Virus record (IMG/VR): IMGVR_UViG_3300017784_003829
Location: 1 to 30,140 of that record
Direction: 5' to 3' (one strand)
DNA length: 30,140 bases
From: a virus
Taxonomy: Duplodnaviria > Caudoviricetes
Program-made: the position numbers and the translations under genes
Notes under the pieces: model-generated
What the model was told of the DNA's origin: nothing
Databases searched by the model: none
What the model saw: only the letters and a program-made list of their open reading frames with translations
Part shown: piece by piece, positions 25,100-30,140 of the stretch
How the letters are laid out: each line of letters opens with the position of its first letter
Numbering within the stretch: the stretch's first letter is position 1

Positions 25100-25267
25100 T
25101 TATTTTATTTTTTGTAGTTCTTTAATTGTAAGTTGAATATCCGTGATAATCGAATACAATTCGTTAGTTGCTTTTTCAGAATACGAATCCTTAGCAATTT
25201 GTAAGGATTCGTTTAATTTTTCATCAAGCAATGTAAGTTTTGGTACTTCCTTTATTACTTTTACCAT
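25100..25267 (-). CDS. Small helical hypothetical protein (55 aa), below the ORF-track cutoff
   Basis: MVKVIKEVPKLTLLDEKLNESLQIAKDSYSEKATNELYSIITDIQLTIKELQKIK*. Starts 1 nt after the polymerase stop and ends 1 nt before the uvsX ATG. Confidence 0.7.
   Translation of the reverse strand: MVKVIKEVPKLTLLDEKLNESLQIAKDSYSEKATNELYSIITDIQLTIKELQKIK
25183..25212. repeat. Perfect 11-bp inverted repeat
   Basis: ACGAATCCTTA-GCAATTTG-TAAGGATTCGT. Confidence 0.85.
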
Positions 25268-25268
25268 T

Positions 25269-26447
25269 TTAAAATAGTTGGGTTCTTATAATTAATTCTG
25301 GTGATATTGGAGAAAGACCTGTAGCAACAATGAATCTGTTTATTGGGTCAATCATGCATTTCGCAAATTGTAAATCATAATCAACAGCTGGTGCAAGTTC
25401 AATAGGATAGTTACCTGGAAGATATGCAAATACATTTTCTCCACCGTTTTCATTTTTTGCGTAATAGTAACGAACCTTATCACCACTTTTAATTAATTGA
25501 TACTTATCTTTCCATTTACTGTTATTCATCAAAAAGTTATGATAACCAGCAGCACGAACGTGCATAGGACAGTGGTCATTAAGTATTAACTTTTTGCGAT
25601 CATCAGCAATTCCTTTTTCATAATCACTAATACCAGACGACATTGAGACATTTTCAATTTGGTCAAGATTAAATGCAGCCTTTTCTTTTTTAAGAGAGTC
25701 AGCAAAAACGCGCATGTTTAATCCTTTCTTTTCCTTAAACAGTACTTTTAAGAAGTCTAATATTTTTTTACGAGCAAATGCTGGAGTAGAAGATTGTGCG
25801 ATTTCAACACCTGTTGCTTTTAGTTTAGCTTGAGGTTCATAATAATATCCATCACCTTTACCACTTTTCCAAGCAATGTCAAGTACATATTTCTTTTTCT
25901 TCAAAAAGATACCTGACCAAGAAATTGTTTCCATTTCTAAATCTTGAATGTTATCTGTACCTCCTATAGCTGCAAAGCTATCAAAGTTTTTATCCAAGTA
26001 GCCTTTTAATCGCAAACGGTAAATACCTAAAATTAATTGTCTTGGGTCACCTTCCCAATCACAGCCTTTTACGATATCTTGGAATGTCATATAACATGAA
26101 TCCGTATCTCCGTAAACTGTTACTTCACGACCTATTCTGTCAACTCGAGTAAGTCCAAGTTTTTCATGTACTTCTTTATCACGATGCCAAAAATCCATGA
26201 AGTAACGGTTGATGATTTTCTGAGTAAGCTTAATCATTTCTTGACCTTGTAATGTGATTGCCTCAGCAACACGAACATTATATCCAACAAAGTAAGGCGA
26301 TGCAGTTGCGCCGTAAACGGAGTTAATGAAAATCTTAATTGCTTGTTCTTCGTTTTTCTTAAGATTCATTAAATATGTTAAGCGATTAATTTCTGCAACG
26401 ATTTCTTCCTTACTTGCGGTTTCGGGATTTATCTTGCAGTGTTTCAT
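25269..26447 (-). CDS. Family B DNA polymerase, C-terminal subunit of a split enzyme
   Basis: Motif B KIFINSVYG, ITLQGQ, motif C YGDTDS, KKKY, GVEIAQSSTP and a C-terminal clamp-binding-like RTQLF. Lacks the exonuclease domain and motif A (DxxSLYP). Confidence 0.92.
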   Translation of the reverse strand: MKHCKINPETASKEEIVAEINRLTYLMNLKKNEEQAIKIFINSVYGATASPYFVGYNVRVAEAITLQGQEMIKLTQKIINRYFMDFWHRDKEVHEKLGLTRVDRIGREVTVYGDTDSCYMTFQDIVKGCDWEGDPRQLILGIYRLRLKGYLDKNFDSFAAIGGTDNIQDLEMETISWSGIFLKKKKYVLDIAWKSGKGDGYYYEPQAKLKATGVEIAQSSTPAFARKKILDFLKVLFKEKKGLNMRVFADSLKKEKAAFNLDQIENVSMSSGISDYEKGIADDRKKLILNDHCPMHVRAAGYHNFLMNNSKWKDKYQLIKSGDKVRYYYAKNENGGENVFAYLPGNYPIELAPAVDYDLQFAKCMIDPINRFIVATGLSPISPELIIRTQLF

Positions 26448-27208
26448 TAATCAGCTTTCCCGATTATCATTTTTGTATCTGTCTCAAGAGAATGGAAGAT
26501 TAAACGGTCTTCGTTCATATAAACCATTGTGTCTTCTTTATCAACGAAGATGAACTGAGATTTGTAAACTGATAGCTCAACATTTGCTTCAGTGTTGTCA
26601 ATTGATAATAAGTTTAATTCAAACGATTTACCACTTGCGTTTACATTTCCGCCATTAACATTAATAGTTAACAATTTTTGGTCTGAGTCAATTTTTGTTA
26701 ATGAATTAATGCGAGCTTGAATTTCTTTTGTTAATACGAAATTAACTTCAGCTGCAGCAGTATCAGCAATACGATCCATCATTTCATCAGTGATGTGTGT
26801 GAACAATCTTAAAGTAGCACATTGGAAAGCGATCTTTAAATTTTCACCTTGAAGTACAAGATCAGTACCTACGTTTCCTTCAGGAGTTTTTTCCAATTTA
26901 ATTGAGAAAGTTAAATCAGTTCCATTAAAGTGTGAGAATGAATTGATTAATTTATCAACTGAATAAACACCAAAGATAATTGGTTCATCAACAGACTCAA
27001 TGTTAAATACTCGGCTCAATTCAATTTTTGAGGATTTCACAACAGATCTTTCAGGTGTGTGAGATTTTGCTTTTAGGTACCCGCCTTCAAGTTCAATTAG
27101 TAGACTTCCAGAAATTGGTGAGAATCTTTTTAAGAAGTTAGTAAATTCTGTTGCGTCAGTTAACTGCAACTTTAAAGTTTTAGTACCTTTACGTTCTAAT
27201 GTTTCCAT
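26447..27208 (-). CDS. gp45: DNA sliding clamp (T4 gp45-like)
   Basis: FLKRFSPISGSLLI...FGVYSVDKLI resembles gp45 (LKNFS.IN.SI...FGIYDL..FL). 253 aa alpha/beta pattern, translationally coupled to the polymerase. Confidence 0.72.
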   Translation of the reverse strand: METLERKGTKTLKLQLTDATEFTNFLKRFSPISGSLLIELEGGYLKAKSHTPERSVVKSSKIELSRVFNIESVDEPIIFGVYSVDKLINSFSHFNGTDLTFSIKLEKTPEGNVGTDLVLQGENLKIAFQCATLRLFTHITDEMMDRIADTAAAEVNFVLTKEIQARINSLTKIDSDQKLLTINVNGGNVNASGKSFELNLLSIDNTEANVELSVYKSQFIFVDKEDTMVYMNEDRLIFHSLETDTKMIIGKAD

Positions 27209-27257
27209 AATTGTTTTTATTTTATTTTGATTTTAATTTATATACTTAACTACGATT

Positions 27258-28676
27258 TTAGTTTTCATCTTCTTCATATTCATCGTCACCAGCATAAACG
27301 GCAGATGCTCCAAAAACTTCAATGCCATCAATTTCTTCTTCTTCAGAAAACAAGTTGGTTGTTGAATTAGCTCGGTTTGTTGTTGCTCTTGCTAAAGATG
27401 TATCAGTCATTTTACTAAATGCTTTAACTGCAACGGCAAGTTCCTTTTTCTGAGTTGCTAATTCTGCTGTTAATTTTTTAATCTTTTCGCGTGTTCTTTG
27501 TAACTCATCATCAGATAATGATTTTAAATAGATTGAGTCAAGACGACGGCGAACATTAGGATACCCAACTGTTAAGTCTGTTAAGAAAGAATCAATTTCG
27601 TCATCAGTTCTCATTTTCTTACCTTTAGCTTCAAGCATGAAAAGCAAATACTTTTCTTTGAGTTTTTGGAATATTAATTCTTCATCAGTTACATTCATAT
27701 GATATGTTAACTTACGAACCCTTAAATCTCCAAGACGATAACGGAAGTCATTAATGTAATCTTCAATTCTTTCGTATTCAATAACTAAACCGTCTTTAAC
27801 AAAGATTGGTGTTTCTGTTACCAACATTTTTGTTGCTCGGTCAATTGCGATTACGAAAGATTCCCAGTCCTCCTTTGAACCTGTCATAGTAACAGTCAAG
27901 TCAATTTCATTCAATGAATTATTAATCAGACGAACATTATATCCAGATATAATGCTGTCAAGTTTTTTCAAGAAGGACCCATATTTCATTAATGGTGGAA
28001 GTTCAACAATTCTTACTGTTTTATTTTTGTGATTAATTTCAAGTCTGCCTTCAATTAGGAAAGACTTATCCATACCTTTATAACGAGTTACCTTACATTT
28101 AGATCCTTTGAAGTAAGGAATAAGTTCAGATATTTCACCATCTAGGAACTTTTGAACGTCGGACAGATTTCGGGGCAACACAGTTGATTTATAGCCTACA
28201 GCAATACCAACGATTGTGTTTGTTAAACCAATAGGTAAGTCAACCCATAGCGGATCATAAGAACCTTCAGCATCTCGAGTATTTAAGAAATTGTTTTTAC
28301 GAATCTTATCCGCAATCGTAGGATTAATACGGATAGAAGTGTAACGAGCAGCGGATGCTTCTTGCGTTACTGGTGATCCAAAGAATCCATCACCGTTTAA
28401 TAGTTGCTCACTGTTTCCAAACGGACGAGCAAGTCGATTAATTGCTTTTGTTAATGAAGCATCACCGTGGTGATATCCATCACTCATACAGGAACCTACA
28501 AGTGACATTGTTTTATTATAAGCAGCTGGTGCGTTTATCACAATAAAACGTTGAACATTTGTTAGCGCATCATAAAAATTAGGAATCCCTCGATTCTCTA
28601 AAACATACAGTGCATAGTTTCTGAAGTTAGTATCAATTTGTCGAGAAATGTTTAAAGGATACGTTTTCTGTTTCAA
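27258..28676 (-). CDS. gp52: DNA topoisomerase II, GyrA/ParC-like subunit (T4 gp52-like)
   Basis: YALYVLENRGIP..YDALTNVQR, YHHGDASL, GDGFFGS, catalytic AARYT, GIAVGY. Apparent TTG start, acidic tail, no gyrase CTD. Confidence 0.95.
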   Translation of the reverse strand: MKQKTYPLNISRQIDTNFRNYALYVLENRGIPNFYDALTNVQRFIVINAPAAYNKTMSLVGSCMSDGYHHGDASLTKAINRLARPFGNSEQLLNGDGFFGSPVTQEASAARYTSIRINPTIADKIRKNNFLNTRDAEGSYDPLWVDLPIGLTNTIVGIAVGYKSTVLPRNLSDVQKFLDGEISELIPYFKGSKCKVTRYKGMDKSFLIEGRLEINHKNKTVRIVELPPLMKYGSFLKKLDSIISGYNVRLINNSLNEIDLTVTMTGSKEDWESFVIAIDRATKMLVTETPIFVKDGLVIEYERIEDYINDFRYRLGDLRVRKLTYHMNVTDEELIFQKLKEKYLLFMLEAKGKKMRTDDEIDSFLTDLTVGYPNVRRRLDSIYLKSLSDDELQRTREKIKKLTAELATQKKELAVAVKAFSKMTDTSLARATTNRANSTTNLFSEEEEIDGIEVFGASAVYAGDDEYEEDEN

Positions 28677-28740
28677 AGTATATAAGATTTATTTCTAATT
28701 ATATACACATACCTTATTAGAGTTCTTGATTGTTATTAAC

Positions 28741-28766
28741 AAAAAAAGGGTTGCCTAAGCAACCCT
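28741..28766 (-). terminator. Intrinsic terminator
   Basis: Minus strand AGGGTTGC-TTAG-GCAACCCT-TTTTTT, just downstream of 28790..29191. Confidence 0.9.
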
Positions 28767-28789
28767 CGTAAAATAAGTTTAATGTTTTA

Positions 28790-29191
28790 TTAGAAAGTTT
28801 CTGTTAAAACATAAATAGTGTTTTTATCATTAGCCATATTGAAATAGATTGCGTCAGTTGCTTCTCTTTCATATTCCATTCCGCCGCCGTTCAAGATAAC
28901 ATTTTCTCTTTTAGCAATAACTGTGCAAAGCGCAGGTTTAGCATCACGAGATGTTTGTTTAACTTCAAGATCAATTTCACCTTGAGAAACTTGAGCTTTA
29001 TTTGCGATAAAATCAAGTTCAACACCATTAGGCGCATACTCAAAAGTATCACCTCCTTTTGCTTTCTTGAAAAAAGTAGCAAATACTTTCTCATCACCAC
29101 CGCCAATTGCAGCAGTAATGTCGCCAAAGTTGTTTCCTTCGTTTAAATTAGATTCATTTAAGAATCCGTTAAAATCGTGTACGTAATTCAT
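28790..29191 (-). CDS. Putative internal head protein with capsid-targeting-like N-terminus
   Basis: N-terminus MNYVHDFNGFLNE-SNLNE-G resembles the T4 internal-protein propeptide MKTYQEFIAE. Confidence 0.6.
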   Translation of the reverse strand: MNYVHDFNGFLNESNLNEGNNFGDITAAIGGGDEKVFATFFKKAKGGDTFEYAPNGVELDFIANKAQVSQGEIDLEVKQTSRDAKPALCTVIAKRENVILNGGGMEYEREATDAIYFNMANDKNTIYVLTETF

Positions 29192-29205
29192 TTTTCTTGT
29201 TTTTT

Positions 29206-29472
29206 TTAATATATAGTTAAGCCGTCCATTGATATATTTTTATATCCTTTAGAATTTAATGCGTTAACAAGTTCTTCTGCAAAAGAAGAATCAACGGCGT
29301 TCTCAATACGTTTTTGTTGAGCAAACATACTTAGCCATTCGTCTAACTCAGCACTAGTTGCTTCTTTATAATCGTAATCGTTTATGAACATGTCAGCAAC
29401 TTTCTTAGCGTTAAAATCGATCCAATCTTTTCCTTCATTTATGAAGCTTTCAAATGTTTTAATGAATTTCAT
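29206..29472 (-). CDS. Putative internal head protein, paralog A
   Basis: N-terminus MKFIKTFESFINE-G. About half of its residues are identical to 29493..29759 by manual alignment. Confidence 0.7.
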   Translation of the reverse strand: MKFIKTFESFINEGKDWIDFNAKKVADMFINDYDYKEATSAELDEWLSMFAQQKRIENAVDSSFAEELVNALNSKGYKNISMDGLTIY

Positions 29473-29492
29473 GTTTTTATATTTTATTTTTA

Positions 29493-29759
29493 TTATATAT
29501 TAACGTCATCAATTGACATATCTTTATAGCCTTTAGATTTTAAAATGATAACAAGTTCTTTAACCCAAGATGAATCAGGCATATGCTCGATTCTTTCTTC
29601 TTGAGCAAACATTTCTAACCATCCGATTAAGTCTTCACCTGTTGCGTCATTTCTATCATAATCATTAGTGAATCTACTTGCCATTTGAGCAGCATCAAAA
29701 TTCATCCAATTTTTACCTTCAGTTATAAAGCTTTCAAAAGTTTTAACGTAGGTGTTCAT
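29493..29759 (-). CDS. Putative internal head protein, paralog B
   Basis: N-terminus MNTYVKTFESFITE-G. Tandem paralog of 29206..29472. Confidence 0.7.
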   Translation of the reverse strand: MNTYVKTFESFITEGKNWMNFDAAQMASRFTNDYDRNDATGEDLIGWLEMFAQEERIEHMPDSSWVKELVIILKSKGYKDMSIDDVNI

Positions 29760-29768
29760 TCTTAATGT

Positions 29769-30128
29769 TTATTTTAACGACAGCAAGTATTTAAGCTTCA
29801 TCAAGTCAGCTCTAATTTCATCACGAATGTTTGCTAATTCGCTATCTTGTTGAGCCATAAAAGCAGATGTCATAAAATCATCCATTCCTTCAATGAAAGC
29901 GTCAATCTTTAAGCTTTCGTAATCAGCAAATGAAATTTGTTTAACACCGCCAAATTTAGGTCTTTGATATTTTCCGCTATAAACTTCAATAAGACGATCA
30001 AGTTTATCTTCAAGTGCTTCATAAATATCACCAAACGCATTATGTTCAGCAAATGATTCAGTTTGCCAATGAAGTATCTTTAATTGGCCTTGCATTTGAA
30101 TAACATTGCCTAATAATTCTTTTTCCAT
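29769..30128 (-). CDS. Ferritin/Dps-like four-helix protein (DUF5856-like)
   Basis: LHWQT..FAEHNAFGDIYEAL....DRLIE matches the Dps/ferritin-like HW...H..(D)..Y......D..(A/I)E metal-binding pattern. C-terminal LANIRDEI...KLKYLL. Confidence 0.75.
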   Translation of the reverse strand: MEKELLGNVIQMQGQLKILHWQTESFAEHNAFGDIYEALEDKLDRLIEVYSGKYQRPKFGGVKQISFADYESLKIDAFIEGMDDFMTSAFMAQQDSELANIRDEIRADLMKLKYLLSLK

Positions 30129-30140
30129 TTTTATTGTTTA

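Noticed and set aside
1840-28676. Inteins or group I introns in TerL, helicase, UvsX, polymerase or topoisomerase
   Set aside because: No intein boundary motifs, LAGLIDADG/HNH ORFs or unexplained long insertions were seen.
2982-29127. Nested minus-strand alternative-frame ORFs (2982..3179, 5414..5599, 6623..6898, 7539..7832, 21952..22134, 28891..29127)
   Set aside because: Each lies entirely within a longer, better-supported gene, has Leu/Lys-rich off-frame composition and has no independent signals.
409-29146. All plus-strand ORFs in the track (e.g. 409..612, 859..1056, 9384..9632, 11544..11846, 16923..17207)
   Set aside because: They are short antisense shadows of well-supported minus-strand genes and show no recognisable motifs.
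1-30140. Genome-wide stop-codon reassignment (code 15 or 4) as seen in some jumbo phages
   Set aside because: Conserved genes are full length in code 11. TAG ends the oxygenase at its natural C-terminus (10069) and TGA ends gp46 (19008). The only interruptions are one TAA and one frameshift.
1-30140. tRNA, rRNA or CRISPR arrays
   Set aside because: Once the hidden frames are counted, intergenic gaps are about 115 nt or shorter and AT-rich. I saw no cloverleaf or regularly spaced direct repeats by eye.

Overview
AT-rich segment of a large T4-like (myovirus-type, probably jumbo) phage genome. Every credible gene is on the minus strand, and morphogenesis genes are interleaved with replication genes. 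Morphogenesis: tail sheath (truncated at the left edge, absent from the ORF track), TerL, TerS, gp14-like neck, portal, gp2, gp4, a gp55-like late sigma factor and a gp15-like tail terminator. Replication/recombination: clamp-loader subunits, RNase H/5'-nuclease, gp46/47, gp41 helicase, UvsX, the C-terminal half of a split family-B DNA polymerase, sliding clamp and topoisomerase II GyrA-like subunit. Accessory genes encode a 2H phosphoesterase, a degenerate 2OG-Fe(II) oxygenase, an RlpA-like protein, a KTSC protein, a ferritin-like protein and three small proteins with a capsid-targeting-like N-terminus. Main observations beyond the ORF track: (1) a candidate -1 frameshift at an A10G run, followed by a stem-loop, that fuses a 525-aa ORF to an ATG-less 162-codon frame containing a second A9 run; (2) an in-frame TAA in the neck gene with 60 more codons behind it; (3) a late-promoter-like motif RATATATAA, one copy embedded in a terminator hairpin abutting a start codon; (4) a repeated tripartite promoter with a DnaA-box-like element. 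SD-less A-rich leaders and TAnnTTTA elements hint at a Bacteroidota host (inference). All product calls come from motif recognition by eye; no database searches were run.
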